Positions 39,395-50,023 of a stretch of DNA of 64,000 bases are shown here, one piece after another (position 1 is the first letter of the stretch; each line of letters begins with the position of its first letter). Location of the stretch: the IMG/VR virus record IMGVR_UViG_3300027816_000087, positions 25,073 through 89,072 of that record; one strand, written 5' to 3'. The translations under genes and the position numbers were made by a program. A model generated the notes under the pieces. It did no database searches. It was not told the DNA's origin and saw only the letters and a program-made list of their open reading frames with translations. Source of the stretch: a virus.

Positions 39395-42300
39395 CGATTG
39401 CTAATTAGAAGTTTTTCATTAGAAAGCTTAAATAGCATTTTATTTTTACCACTAGCTGTTTTTCTTAAAAATACACGATTTATATTATGTCTAAACTTTT
39501 TACGCTCAAGAGGATTTTTACCATAGTTTACATAATCTTGATTAATAGGATACTCATATCCATTTCCTTTTGTAGTAAACATCGGAACAACTCCTGTTGA
39601 ACTAAACTCACCTCTATTTTTAGTAATGTCCCAAAACTGATTAAATCTATATTTTTGTTCCTCTTTAGAAAAATAAATATCTATAGAGTCAAAATTAATC
39701 GTTGGTTGAGATATAAGAGCTAATGGATTGTTCTTTGGTTTAATTGTCAAATTAAGCAATCCAGAAATTTGCTCTGAGTTATATATTATAGCTTGATCAA
39801 AGTTTTCATCAAGTACATGAAATCTATCTCTACAGTCATTGTAGTAATTATACACCTCAAGCATATATTCAACATTTCTTACAGATGTCACTGTTTGACC
39901 TGTTGATGAAATAAACTCTATTTCAAAAGGATAATCTTTATTATAAAAATTACAATAATTATCACAACGAACATTATGCTTCCATATACTATTTGTATTA
40001 ACACTCATAAAATGAGTCTTACTTGGAAGTAACGCTGTTGGTTTCCAATCATGAAAACTTATCCAAGTTTGTGATTTTGTATCATAACTAGCTGTCCAAC
40101 TTATATCTTCAAAATAATTAGTATCTTTTAAACTAATTTTAGCTCTACCAGATAAAAAAGTTATTCCATCATCAGCTAATACTATATTATCTCTAATAGG
40201 TATATAATCTTTTTTTGTAATGTAAAATACTTCATTTACATTATCATATGTGCATTGAACACCCACACCTTCTATAGGGTTATCAAAAAGTTTATAATTT
40301 GAAAATTTTTCTACAAGTCTTGATGGAAGATATTTTGCAAACCACCACTTCAATCCTGAATTAGATATTTCATTTAACTGTCCAATATATTGAAATATTT
40401 TACCTTGATTTTGACTCACCCAAAATACACCTTTTCTTGTACTTATAGCAGAGTTTCTGTTTTGACAAGAACCATATTCATAAGAATCATCTGCATTTAC
40501 AATCGCTTGTAATTGCTGAGTTCCTGTAAATAATCCTCCATCACCAATAGTCACCTTTGTATTTGTAGCATCTAATTTTAGTTCTTCTACACCTAAAAAC
40601 TGCAAAGGACTACTTTGTTTCATCATAAACAAAGCACCTGTTTTATTTACAGATTTAATTGATGTTACAGGTGTTGGAAATTCTTTATAATTATTTGTTA
40701 GAAAAACACGCCAATTATCTTTTTTAGATTCTTGTTGTTGAGGAAGTGAGTATATCACTTTGTTAGGCTGATATGAAAAACATGTAGAAGATACAATTGG
40801 ATCATAATCTCTTGGTAATAAAGAAGCCCAACTAACATTATTATTAAATAGTTTAGATACACTTAATGAATAATCATATTTATAATAGTTACCAGCTACA
40901 ATTATATCACTCCTAAACATTCCTGATAAATCAGTAAATGAATTAATATCATAATGTCTAGCATTAATATCATCTTCCCAATCTCTATATGCAAGATTAA
41001 TTTCTGATTCTACAAAAAAATCTCTAACTCCTGAATTAAAAAGATAAAAATAACCTTTATTTAAATAAAAGAAATTTGCATTTTCAACTTTATCAAGACT
41101 TCTAAGCTCACTTGCTTTTTCAGCAAATAATCCAATATATTTTTGATTATTAATCCAATAACGAGGATAAGGAATTGCTGGATACAATGTGTAGTTAAAT
41201 TCAGAACCATCTGGTTCACCTTGCATCCATGTTGAAAAGAAAAACATTGTATTTTTTTCGGTAAATCTATTTATATAGGTATCACCTCCAAATAATACAT
41301 TACTTGTTAATCGAGATGTTGTAGAAGCAATTGTGGGTTCAATACATGTAGAAATAGGTAATTGCTCAACTGATTCTAATTGTCCATATTGACTTGGAAT
41401 TGAAAGTTTAAGAGCACCGTAATAAGAGCAAATATTAGATGTAACAGATTTATTGTAATCTGTGTTTATGTCGCCAATTGTAAATCTACTATTGTCTACA
41501 ACTGAAGAAGGATTATCTATTGTATTTCCAACTTCTAATACAACAAATCTACTTCTATTTATATTATTAACTTGATATTGTGCTGTAAATTGTTGAATAG
41601 AAGAATCAATATATCTTGCATCAATAATTTCTCTACGCATATTTCCTTGAATATTCGTTTGCGATTCAGAATAAAAACCGTGAGAATTATATTGAGCTGC
41701 AAATTGTCTAAATGGCATTAACGCTAATGCCATTGCTAAAGATTGTTCTTTATAAGTTTTTACACCAAACAATAAAGTGTAAGCACCTGCAAATATAGAG
41801 TTTGCAATTATAGCTCCTGCTGTTGCTATTGTAGCAATACCACCAGAAACACCTTCAGCAATAACGTATGGAATTCCAATATTTTGCACAGGTAATGGTG
41901 AATCTCCACCTATTTGATATGTTAATCCACCTGCAATAGCAGCAACTGCTTGAATTGTTGCAACAGCAGATGCAAATATATCTAAAGCAGTATCAAGATC
42001 ATTTGTTATTTGTTTAAACTTAGGGTGAAGATATGGAACTTCAAATCTACCTTTTGCTTCACCATATAATTCTTGATATATTTTAATTTCATTAGGATTT
42101 AAAAAAGGATTTGAAAATGCAACTTCTGGACCATGAAATGAAAATACATCTTTTCTATAAGCTGTTGATTTAGGAGAATTTGGTTTGTCATTTTTAGGAC
42201 CATTTTTTCCATCTTGCTCAACAGATGTTATATAACTATCTGGACGAAGATCGTTATAGGGATAGTTTTGATAAAGACCTTTAATAGTAGGACTTTCAAC

Positions 42301-43938
42301 AACTTTATATTCCCTCATATTATTTAAAATACCTTTAGAAATAATTGATTTATTTCCTTCTCTTGAACCTCTAAGAATTTCATAACCAACAATTGATTCA
42401 ATTGGATTACCGTTTTCGTCTAAAGGATGCTGTATATTATTAAATTGAACACCTAAAATTGTTATTGTATTACCAGAATTACCAAAATGATTTAATAATG
42501 GGTTTACTGTTATATCAGGAAATTTATGATGTCTAATTGGTTTACCACATAACTCACCCCATATATCTGGTCTATCAGCAGGGTATCTTTCTGTAGATTC
42601 CCAATATCCCATTCTACCTGATGCAACCACTTTACCTCCATCACTTAGCTTATAAGCTGTTGTTGAATCAATACTTCCTGTATTATATACTTGCCATTTT
42701 TTCATTTTAACACCACTTGCTGTTTCAAAAACATCAGTGTTTATAACAAATGATAAATCAGATGATACTGATTCTCTACCTGGAATATGATATGACTCAG
42801 AGCGTTCTCCTGTATTATAAATCCATCTTATAAAAAAAGAATATTGTTCATCTCTTAAATAACCAGTATTGTTGCCACCTTTTATATAATAAGAAGCTGG
42901 ATATTCAACAGCCACCCAACTAGTTTTAATTTCATTTGCTAAAGGTTGATAATTAAACTTAAACTTACTATATGTACCTACACGCAATAAATAGTTATTA
43001 ACAGAAAACATTGCATCTGTTTTCTCAACAGGTTCAGATCTAAATACAACATCTGAAATTGGAACTGTAATGTATTCAGGGTCCCATCTATCTACATATA
43101 TTCTACCTTGAGATGTAGAATAATACCCTATTCTTTTAGCAACGGATTGTTGATTTATATTAGCTACAATAACAAGTTCAAATTCGTCAAATGATTGATC
43201 TATTTCTTTTATTTCAAGAATAAGAGATGAACTTACATTTTCATGAGTAAATAATCCCTGCACCTCAGATAAACCAATGTAGTCAGTTACCTTCACTTGA
43301 TTTATTGTATACGCTATACAAGCTTGGTAAGATCCATTTGGTAGTGTACCTGCTATATTACCAGCTTTAATATCAATACAAGGATATTTAATTAAAGAAA
43401 CAATTCTTATAGCTTCACAATCTAACTCAGTTGTAAATTCTTTAACTATACAATCATTTACTACCTTTTCTGTATATTTAAAAGGAATATCATCAATATT
43501 TAAACTACGAGTGGGATTCAACCCATCATCCCAATAAATCATTTTATCACAATCAAATCTATCTCTAAAAACACCTGTTATAAGATTTGTTGTTTTAAAA
43601 TTAAGACAATCACTATTTATTATTTTTCTATAAGAACATTCTGATTCATCAAATATTCCTATTTCAGATTTTATATTATTAGTTGTAAATACAACCCATC
43701 TATCTCCTTCTATATGAATAGACCCAATATAAGTATATGGAAGTTGAACACAAAATAAATTAGAAGGTTCGTTACCAATAACTCCTACATTACCTTCATA
43801 AGAATTATTAACAGCATTACGCGCATGTGTGTACAATCCTTCTCCTACAAAAGATTCATTGTAATCTTTAACCATTCCTTTTGTAAAGGAATTTGTACTA
43901 GTTAAAGGATTGCTACCACCTTGTTCTTGTTTAGCCAT
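39391..43938 (-). CDS. Tail stabilization / muzzle protein (P22 gp10-like, crAss type)
   Basis: 1515 aa, beta-rich; N-terminal NSFTKGMVKD...ARNA, central GYLRDEQYSFFI, GGDTYI and YGSCQN, late WISFHDW; follows the ring-protein genes. Confidence 0.75.
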   Translation of the reverse strand: MAKQEQGGSNPLTSTNSFTKGMVKDYNESFVGEGLYTHARNAVNNSYEGNVGVIGNEPSNLFCVQLPYTYIGSIHIEGDRWVVFTTNNIKSEIGIFDESECSYRKIINSDCLNFKTTNLITGVFRDRFDCDKMIYWDDGLNPTRSLNIDDIPFKYTEKVVNDCIVKEFTTELDCEAIRIVSLIKYPCIDIKAGNIAGTLPNGSYQACIAYTINQVKVTDYIGLSEVQGLFTHENVSSSLILEIKEIDQSFDEFELVIVANINQQSVAKRIGYYSTSQGRIYVDRWDPEYITVPISDVVFRSEPVEKTDAMFSVNNYLLRVGTYSKFKFNYQPLANEIKTSWVAVEYPASYYIKGGNNTGYLRDEQYSFFIRWIYNTGERSESYHIPGRESVSSDLSFVINTDVFETASGVKMKKWQVYNTGSIDSTTAYKLSDGGKVVASGRMGYWESTERYPADRPDIWGELCGKPIRHHKFPDITVNPLLNHFGNSGNTITILGVQFNNIQHPLDENGNPIESIVGYEILRGSREGNKSIISKGILNNMREYKVVESPTIKGLYQNYPYNDLRPDSYITSVEQDGKNGPKNDKPNSPKSTAYRKDVFSFHGPEVAFSNPFLNPNEIKIYQELYGEAKGRFEVPYLHPKFKQITNDLDTALDIFASAVATIQAVAAIAGGLTYQIGGDSPLPVQNIGIPYVIAEGVSGGIATIATAGAIIANSIFAGAYTLLFGVKTYKEQSLAMALALMPFRQFAAQYNSHGFYSESQTNIQGNMRREIIDARYIDSSIQQFTAQYQVNNINRSRFVVLEVGNTIDNPSSVVDNSRFTIGDINTDYNKSVTSNICSYYGALKLSIPSQYGQLESVEQLPISTCIEPTIASTTSRLTSNVLFGGDTYINRFTEKNTMFFFSTWMQGEPDGSEFNYTLYPAIPYPRYWINNQKYIGLFAEKASELRSLDKVENANFFYLNKGYFYLFNSGVRDFFVESEINLAYRDWEDDINARHYDINSFTDLSGMFRSDIIVAGNYYKYDYSLSVSKLFNNNVSWASLLPRDYDPIVSSTCFSYQPNKVIYSLPQQQESKKDNWRVFLTNNYKEFPTPVTSIKSVNKTGALFMMKQSSPLQFLGVEELKLDATNTKVTIGDGGLFTGTQQLQAIVNADDSYEYGSCQNRNSAISTRKGVFWVSQNQGKIFQYIGQLNEISNSGLKWWFAKYLPSRLVEKFSNYKLFDNPIEGVGVQCTYDNVNEVFYITKKDYIPIRDNIVLADDGITFLSGRAKISLKDTNYFEDISWTASYDTKSQTWISFHDWKPTALLPSKTHFMSVNTNSIWKHNVRCDNYCNFYNKDYPFEIEFISSTGQTVTSVRNVEYMLEVYNYYNDCRDRFHVLDENFDQAIIYNSEQISGLLNLTIKPKNNPLALISQPTINFDSIDIYFSKEEQKYRFNQFWDITKNRGEFSSTGVVPMFTTKGNGYEYPINQDYVNYGKNPLERKKFRHNINRVFLRKTASGKNKMLFKLSNEKLLISNR

Positions 43939-44290
43939 TATTTACTTCTATTGCTTTTTTCTTCAAAAATTTATAAACATCTCCTGTAATATGCCCAACT
44001 AACCATGCTTGAGCTTCTTCATCTTTTATATCTCTATCCTCGGTAATTTTCATTACAGCATGAAACACTTCATGAGCAATTGTATTATGAGAAAGATATT
44101 TTACATCTATAAAAAGAAAGTATTTGTCAATGTCTGGTGTAAATAAAACTCCCTCAGCACTATCTTCAAATACTTCATCCATTTTATATTTTTTATACAC
44201 TTTATTTATTTCAGCGTTTAACTGATCTAAAACATAAAATTGAAGCTCGCAATTATATGTTGGTAGCTTAATTTTTAGTGTATATTTCAT
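43931..44290 (-). CDS. Small zincin-like metallopeptidase
   Basis: TIAHEVFHAV followed by DEEAQAWL (third ligand Glu). Confidence 0.65.
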   Translation of the reverse strand: MKYTLKIKLPTYNCELQFYVLDQLNAEINKVYKKYKMDEVFEDSAEGVLFTPDIDKYFLFIDVKYLSHNTIAHEVFHAVMKITEDRDIKDEEAQAWLVGHITGDVYKFLKKKAIEVNNG

Positions 44291-44292
44291 AA

Positions 44293-45150
44293 CTATAATC
44301 CTCCGTATGATTTAAACATATCGTAGTACTTATAATATTGTGCTTTTCTATTAGTTTCCCACAACTGTTGCATCTCTTCAAAATTAGGCGTGTTAACAAT
44401 AGTAAGAGCATTATTTCTAGCTGGTCTCATACGTTGCTCAATTAACTGCATTCTCTGAACAACATCTTCACCATTAATATATAAATTTTCAAGAATACGT
44501 TGTTTTAGAGCATACTCATAGTATTCATTTATAACAGGATGATCCAAAACTAATAAGTTTCCATGATCATCTTCTAATGCTCCTTGATATGATATAAAAA
44601 CATTTCCTTTATCAAGATTTGTGTAAATAAATCCATTTTTAATATATCCTGTAGGAAAGCTATTATCTAAAGCATCTGTTCTACCAGTAGTTGCAACAAT
44701 CTTAATATCTACAAATTGCTTGTATGTTCTAACTTCTTGCTTACGTTTTTCTATCACTTGTACATAAATCTTCTCACCATTCTGACATTCTTGTACATAT
44801 GTTGCTTCACATTCACATCCTGTATTACATCCACATTTAGGACAACTATCCATTATTACATTTTCAGTATGTCTACCATGTAATACTGGATCTCTAAGCG
44901 TATACTCTCCACAAAGTTTAGCATAATTGAGAACATAAAAATCATCAGGAAGTTTCATCTTCTTACTTTCAATCTCTAACACCTTCTCTTTTGTACCATG
45001 AATTCTAAGTCCTAAATCATAACTTACCCTTTGAGCCACCTTAATTAATTGTCCTGGCTCAATCATACCTTCTGTATTAAACATTGTAAAATCTGTAATC
45101 ACCTCTGCAAGAAGCTGATCAAACGTGCGATATTTTAATTCTGTCTTCAT
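44293..45150 (-). CDS. Tail ring / tubular protein
   Basis: 285 aa; KLPDDFY, GYIKNGFIYTN...GNVFISY, DDHGNLLV pattern and position upstream of the muzzle gene as for crAss-like ring proteins; contains a CPKCGCNTGCEC insertion. Confidence 0.6.
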   Translation of the reverse strand: MKTELKYRTFDQLLAEVITDFTMFNTEGMIEPGQLIKVAQRVSYDLGLRIHGTKEKVLEIESKKMKLPDDFYVLNYAKLCGEYTLRDPVLHGRHTENVIMDSCPKCGCNTGCECEATYVQECQNGEKIYVQVIEKRKQEVRTYKQFVDIKIVATTGRTDALDNSFPTGYIKNGFIYTNLDKGNVFISYQGALEDDHGNLLVLDHPVINEYYEYALKQRILENLYINGEDVVQRMQLIEQRMRPARNNALTIVNTPNFEEMQQLWETNRKAQYYKYYDMFKSYGGL

Positions 45151-45155
45151 AGATA

Positions 45156-45830
45156 TTAGCGAGTTAAGCTTTGTTTATCGTTATCAGTATCAGCAGGAAT
45201 TTGAAGCATTGTTCCTAAATCTTTAAATACTTGAGATTCAATCTCACCCCATAAATAATCAGGTACATTAAAACTCATATCTTGTTTTTGCATGCAAAAA
45301 TCATCTTTACATGTAAATTGACTAATATCATCTTCAAATATTCCTTCTATCATAACAGCATCCCAATCAAGATTAGGAAAATATAAATAATCATTCATGT
45401 ACCAAAAATACTTAGTCTTATTATACTTAGCATTCTTAGATTTAGAACTATAAACGTATGTAGAAGGAAGAATAGGTTGAAGACGTTCTGATCCATCTAT
45501 TGAACTAACACTTCTAATAAGTGGCCCCCAATATCCCTGAAGAAAAACAGGAAGTTTTTCTTTTGTTCTTTTAATTGTGCAATTAGAAGTAATACCTGTA
45601 CATTGAGCTTCCACTTTATCAACTTCTATAAGCTCAACAAAATCAAGTGTTTGAATAACAGCAGAAAAAGAAAGAAGTTTACTTTTAGAATCTTCACGCT
45701 TCATTAACCATTTAGCATGCTTAAGAACAAAACTATAAATAACACGATCAGTTAGCAAGGCATCTTGTCTAACTGCTTTTACTTGAGTACGAATTCTGGA
45801 GCATACATCTCCTATTGTTACTTTAGCCAT
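45156..45830 (-). CDS. Tail ring protein
   Basis: 224 aa; LTDRVIY, RTKEKLP, YFWYMNDYLY, IEGIFED and C-terminal PADTDND resemble crAss-like ring proteins. Confidence 0.6.
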   Translation of the reverse strand: MAKVTIGDVCSRIRTQVKAVRQDALLTDRVIYSFVLKHAKWLMKREDSKSKLLSFSAVIQTLDFVELIEVDKVEAQCTGITSNCTIKRTKEKLPVFLQGYWGPLIRSVSSIDGSERLQPILPSTYVYSSKSKNAKYNKTKYFWYMNDYLYFPNLDWDAVMIEGIFEDDISQFTCKDDFCMQKQDMSFNVPDYLWGEIESQVFKDLGTMLQIPADTDNDKQSLTR

Positions 45831-45831
45831 T

Positions 45832-46416
45832 TTAATCTAGATTAAATTCATCATATTCTTGAAGCAAATCTTTTGTTTCTTTTTTCTTAAATTGTACAAA
45901 ACTTTGATTTCTAAATATTCTACTCACTCTCACCATATTATCAACCATGACATATTTCTTCCATTCTTTAGGATAGGTTTGGCCTACGCTTCTTTTAAAA
46001 TCTCTTACTGCTGTAAACCCCCATAATTCATGATTTCTAAATTTATATTTACCTTCATAGTTTGTATAAAAGATTTTAGCAACATATTGATCTGATTCCC
46101 AATTTTGATTTTGAATCTTTACACCATAGTGTTCTGATTTTTTAAAATCAACATTGCTTTTCTTTCTTGGACAAGTTCCTATAAAAATATACCCTAATTG
46201 TTCTGGTAGTTCCACTCCATCTCTACTCTCTATTACAGATTGCCAAATCTTACCATTAAATGTTTTAATAACTTCTTTAAATTTATTTAAACAAATTCTT
46301 TCAAGATGAGGATTTTCTTCAAGGAACTTATTGTAAATATCTATGTTGGTAAGATTTAATTTCTTAGGTCTATACCTAGGAGCATTTAAATCTGGTTTTT
46401 TATAAGGTTTTGACAC
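45832..46416 (-). CDS. IHF/HU-like DNA-binding protein of the crAss-like virion module
   Basis: Basic 194-aa protein (GTG start) with GVELPEQLGYIFI beta-ribbon motif and FTAVRDFKR. Confidence 0.6.
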   Translation of the reverse strand: MSKPYKKPDLNAPRYRPKKLNLTNIDIYNKFLEENPHLERICLNKFKEVIKTFNGKIWQSVIESRDGVELPEQLGYIFIGTCPRKKSNVDFKKSEHYGVKIQNQNWESDQYVAKIFYTNYEGKYKFRNHELWGFTAVRDFKRSVGQTYPKEWKKYVMVDNMVRVSRIFRNQSFVQFKKKETKDLLQEYDEFNLD

Positions 46417-46425
46417 AATGATCTA

Positions 46426-46480
46426 CATTAATAATTTACTAAAAACTTGGAACATTTTAAAATTAAACTTAGAAGGTTTA
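46426..46480 (-). promoter_or_regulatory. Candidate late promoter motif plus upstream palindrome (copy 2)
   Basis: Minus-strand AGTAAATTATTAATG at 46426-46440 and taaactt-aga-aggttta at 46464-46480; 23-nt gap identical to copy 1. Confidence 0.55.
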
Positions 46481-47791
46481 GGCATTATAGGTAAACTCCG
46501 AAATTTTACCATGTTTCCTATCGTGGATTTCCATAATAGCTTGGCGTTTAGAGCCAGTGAATTTATTATGATAGTGCCAATAATCAGATCTTGAAAGAGA
46601 AGGAAGGTGTTTAATAGCAAACCCATGCACCTCATTGTCAGTAACAAACTCAGTTACCTTCTTACTATGAAAATGTCCTGTATAACAAGTTCTATAACTT
46701 GTATCACCCCATTGCTTAGGGAATTCTGTAGCATATACAAGAGGTGTGTTTTTCTTTGTTACATCACCATGTTCAAAAGCAAAAAAGTTGTTACCAAAGG
46801 TTACAACTTTTCTTTCAGAATAATCTACGTTAAACTTAATATCAGATTGGTTAAAACATTTAGATAGAGAATGTGCTATATGATATGAGCTTAATCTATC
46901 ATGATTACCAGGAACATACACAACTTCTAGTGTTTCACAAAAGTTTTTAATAAAACTAATAGACCAATGTAAAGCATCAAACGCTTGATTATAAGCCTCT
47001 TGTGCTTTAAGCTCATTATCTACAGGTGTGCCCTTTGTAGTTTTACCATCAAAACTATCCATATTTAAAAGATCACCTCCTACAACATATATAATTTTTT
47101 CTAATCTATGACTCGCGTACGCGCGCATGACTAGATCTCTTACAGCATTTTTAAAGTCTTCTGTTATTGTAAAATTGTCCTCTTTGCCAAAATGTAAATC
47201 TTGTATAGATAATACTCCGCAAGAGGAATTTTCGTATTTATCGTTGATAATAACCTCTGTGATTGGTTGGTAACTAGGCTTAAATGTTTCAAGCGTTTTT
47301 GCAAGTAGGTCGATTTCATTAATTTGTTTTTGCGTTACCATTGCTGACACTAACCAATAATCTTTATGTTGCTTATTCCAATAAGAACTAAGCTTCCATT
47401 TGTTAGTATCAATCTTTAATATTCTGATTATTTCTTCTGGAGACTTAGGCTCTGAGAAAGCCACTCCTTTTATTTCTGCTGATCCTTGATCAAGATCTTC
47501 TTTAAATTCAATTACCTTTTCTTTTTTCTGGTTAATTGCTTCTATTAAATGATCTTCTAAATTAGCAATATACTCTGTTTTAAGTGCTTCGTCATCAATC
47601 AAGTCTAACATTCGTTTTCCTACAATATCAACCATGCTATCTTCTAGCTCGTCTTGTAGTGTGGATTTAATGTCAAGAATTTGTCTTTTGATGTCTTGGT
47701 ATTTTTCAAGAGAAATACCTAATTTTGAAGCACAAAACTCATCAGATTTCTTCCATCTTAATGAGCCATAAACCAGTTTAATTAAATTCAT
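46478..47791 (-). CDS. Calcineurin-like metallophosphoesterase with a possible N-terminal helix-turn-helix
   Basis: All five motifs present: DLHFG, GDLLNMD, GNHD, HGD, GHFH; N-terminal CASKLGISLEKY is HTH-like. Confidence 0.85.
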   Translation of the reverse strand: MNLIKLVYGSLRWKKSDEFCASKLGISLEKYQDIKRQILDIKSTLQDELEDSMVDIVGKRMLDLIDDEALKTEYIANLEDHLIEAINQKKEKVIEFKEDLDQGSAEIKGVAFSEPKSPEEIIRILKIDTNKWKLSSYWNKQHKDYWLVSAMVTQKQINEIDLLAKTLETFKPSYQPITEVIINDKYENSSCGVLSIQDLHFGKEDNFTITEDFKNAVRDLVMRAYASHRLEKIIYVVGGDLLNMDSFDGKTTKGTPVDNELKAQEAYNQAFDALHWSISFIKNFCETLEVVYVPGNHDRLSSYHIAHSLSKCFNQSDIKFNVDYSERKVVTFGNNFFAFEHGDVTKKNTPLVYATEFPKQWGDTSYRTCYTGHFHSKKVTEFVTDNEVHGFAIKHLPSLSRSDYWHYHNKFTGSKRQAIMEIHDRKHGKISEFTYNA

Positions 47792-47817
47792 ATTATTAGA
47801 TGTTGGTATATGGAGGA

Positions 47818-47848
47818 TAAAGTTATGGTTTATATTTTAATAAACAAA
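47818..47848 (-). promoter_or_regulatory. Bacteroidota sigma70-type promoter candidate for the phosphoesterase gene
   Basis: Minus strand TTTG-N19-TAACTTTA against the Bacteroidota consensus TTTG-N19-21-TAnnTTTG (one mismatch), just downstream of a terminator. Confidence 0.45.
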
Positions 47849-47858
47849 ATAATTTTCT

Positions 47859-47888
47859 AAAAAAAAGCCCTCCCTAGAAAAGGAGGGC
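47859..47888 (-). terminator. Intrinsic terminator
   Basis: Minus strand GCCCTCC-loop-GGAGGGC followed by a run of T. Confidence 0.8.
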
Positions 47889-47942
47889 GTAGATTAGTCG
47901 AAGAAAACCAACTAAACTCCGACATTTTTAATTATTTTAAAA

Positions 47943-48641
47943 TTAATTTACTACTACTACAGGAGCGGTAGTAGTTGGTGTTGTAGGATTATAATCAGGT
48001 CCACAAGAACATGCTGATTCTAATCCAGTATCAAGAGGTATATCACCATTATCAACAATTTCATCCCACGTAAATAATGGAAGTAAATAATAAGGATTAA
48101 CAACTTGAATAGTTGCATCATATATTTTTACTTGCATTTTTTTTGCAATAGAAGGTACTGTTTTAAAACAAAAAACTCTTGTAGAAACATTTTGATTATT
48201 TTGTGTAAACACTGTAATATTTGATATTAGCCCATTTAAAGAAACACTTTCTAATCCAGCAGTGTACTGAGAAAAAAGAGTAAAATTTGTAGTTGCACCA
48301 TCTAATCCTTCATCAGTAACAGAAGTAGTAAATTCATAAAAAACTCCATCAATTACTATACCTAAAATTTGTACTGTTTCATTTGGATCTTCTAAAGTAT
48401 TATCATTACTTTGAACATTATAATAAAATAAATAACAAGTAAGTTCTTCTAATCCATCTAGATCGACACAATCTGTTTGTAGTAGATCTTTATCAGTAGC
48501 AGCTACTAATGTAGCACCAGGAGGTAATACAAAAGAATTACCTGCATTTAATGTAATAGATACATATGTAGGAACACATGTTGTAGTGCTTGTTGTTGGT
48601 GTAGGAACACCTACAGAAGCATATGGATTAGGAATAGACAT
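47943..48641 (-). CDS. Putative virion accessory protein with Thr/Pro-rich termini
   Basis: 232 aa acidic, beta-rich; PTPTTSTTT at the N-terminus and PTTPTTTAP at the C-terminus. Confidence 0.55.
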   Translation of the reverse strand: MSIPNPYASVGVPTPTTSTTTCVPTYVSITLNAGNSFVLPPGATLVAATDKDLLQTDCVDLDGLEELTCYLFYYNVQSNDNTLEDPNETVQILGIVIDGVFYEFTTSVTDEGLDGATTNFTLFSQYTAGLESVSLNGLISNITVFTQNNQNVSTRVFCFKTVPSIAKKMQVKIYDATIQVVNPYYLLPLFTWDEIVDNGDIPLDTGLESACSCGPDYNPTTPTTTAPVVVVN

Positions 48642-48644
48642 ATA

Positions 48645-49925
48645 TTAACAAGTTTTATATGTAATAGTTACAGTATCAGTAGCCTTAATTTCACAACAAG
48701 TATTTTTACTAGGATTGATTGTCCATTGAACACACTGAATACATTCATTAGTACCATTTGTAAAACACAACTCTGCTTTTACTGTAATTGGTGAAGTTAA
48801 TAACAAACCTGGACCTCCTAAATCAATATCAACCCAACCAAAATTAGAAGTACTATCTAATACACCATTTGTATTTGTAGGATAGTCAATATATCTAAAA
48901 GTTATAGGATATGAATATTCAAATCCTGTAGCGTCTATAAACGTTAATTCATTAATTCCATCTGGATTTCCAGGTTGACCACAATCATAAAATCCAACTG
49001 GAAGTGAACTTTTAGAACGGAAATTAAGTTGAAGAATTTCAGAATTATCAGAAGACCAACGTTGATAAAAATCAATTTTAATTGCATCACATGTAGGTGC
49101 ACAACAATTATCAAGAATAGATCTTACAGCAGCTCTAATGTCACAAACAGTAAGCCAAAGATTATTAATAGATTGAGCTAAGTTTTGAGGACTTACAATC
49201 CATGTACCTGCTGGTCCTACAAGTGAATTCATATTTTGAGATGAATCCGTTAATTGTTTTTGAATACCTAAATTTTCACATATTTGACCAGAGGCAATTG
49301 CTATATCTCCTGCTTCCCCAAGAGCATCTTTTATATCACAAAATTCATTCTCTAAATATTCTACTAAATCATCTAAAACTTTATCAGTTCCTGTTAAACA
49401 ACTATTTAACTCAGGAAGTGGTGTTGGTACTTGTGCTTCTAAATCTGTAACTCTTTCATCAAGACTATCAATATCTAATGTATTTTGATTGGTTTGAAAA
49501 CTTATGTCACATATTTTATCTGCTAAATTTTTAGTATAAACACTAAGAACATCATTAGATAAAGAAAAACAACTTGGATATATAAGAGTAGGTTCTATGT
49601 AAGGATCTGGAGGAGTAGGAATACCCTCTACTATTTCAGAAAGACAACAAACTTTGCTAATTAAAAGTTCAAAAATATTAGCAAGTGTTTTGCTTGGTTC
49701 TGGTGTAGTTTGACAAACCTTTACAATACAAGTTAAATCAACATCAGTAACACCAATGTTTTCTTTTAACTCACATATTTCTAAAGCTAACTTATAAGTA
49801 ACATCTGAAACAGTGTCTCCTGTACATAGATTAATACACTCAATATCAGGACCCTGCCAAATCACGCAATTAGATGATATTGGAGAACAGTTTTCTTTTG
49901 AAAGATTGGATTTAGAAGGTATCAT
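48645..49925 (-). CDS. Cys-rich putative structural protein
   Basis: 426 aa; SSNCVIWQGPDIECINLCTGDTVSDV domain (shared with three nearby ORFs), short coiled coil, beta-rich C-terminus. Confidence 0.6.
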   Translation of the reverse strand: MIPSKSNLSKENCSPISSNCVIWQGPDIECINLCTGDTVSDVTYKLALEICELKENIGVTDVDLTCIVKVCQTTPEPSKTLANIFELLISKVCCLSEIVEGIPTPPDPYIEPTLIYPSCFSLSNDVLSVYTKNLADKICDISFQTNQNTLDIDSLDERVTDLEAQVPTPLPELNSCLTGTDKVLDDLVEYLENEFCDIKDALGEAGDIAIASGQICENLGIQKQLTDSSQNMNSLVGPAGTWIVSPQNLAQSINNLWLTVCDIRAAVRSILDNCCAPTCDAIKIDFYQRWSSDNSEILQLNFRSKSSLPVGFYDCGQPGNPDGINELTFIDATGFEYSYPITFRYIDYPTNTNGVLDSTSNFGWVDIDLGGPGLLLTSPITVKAELCFTNGTNECIQCVQWTINPSKNTCCEIKATDTVTITYKTC

Positions 49926-50023
49926 AACTTATTGAATATCAATGATGTACGATAATAATATAAAATGTAGACAAGTTGTTTACAATATAATATATGAAAA
50001 AATTAGCAATTTTTCAAATATAT

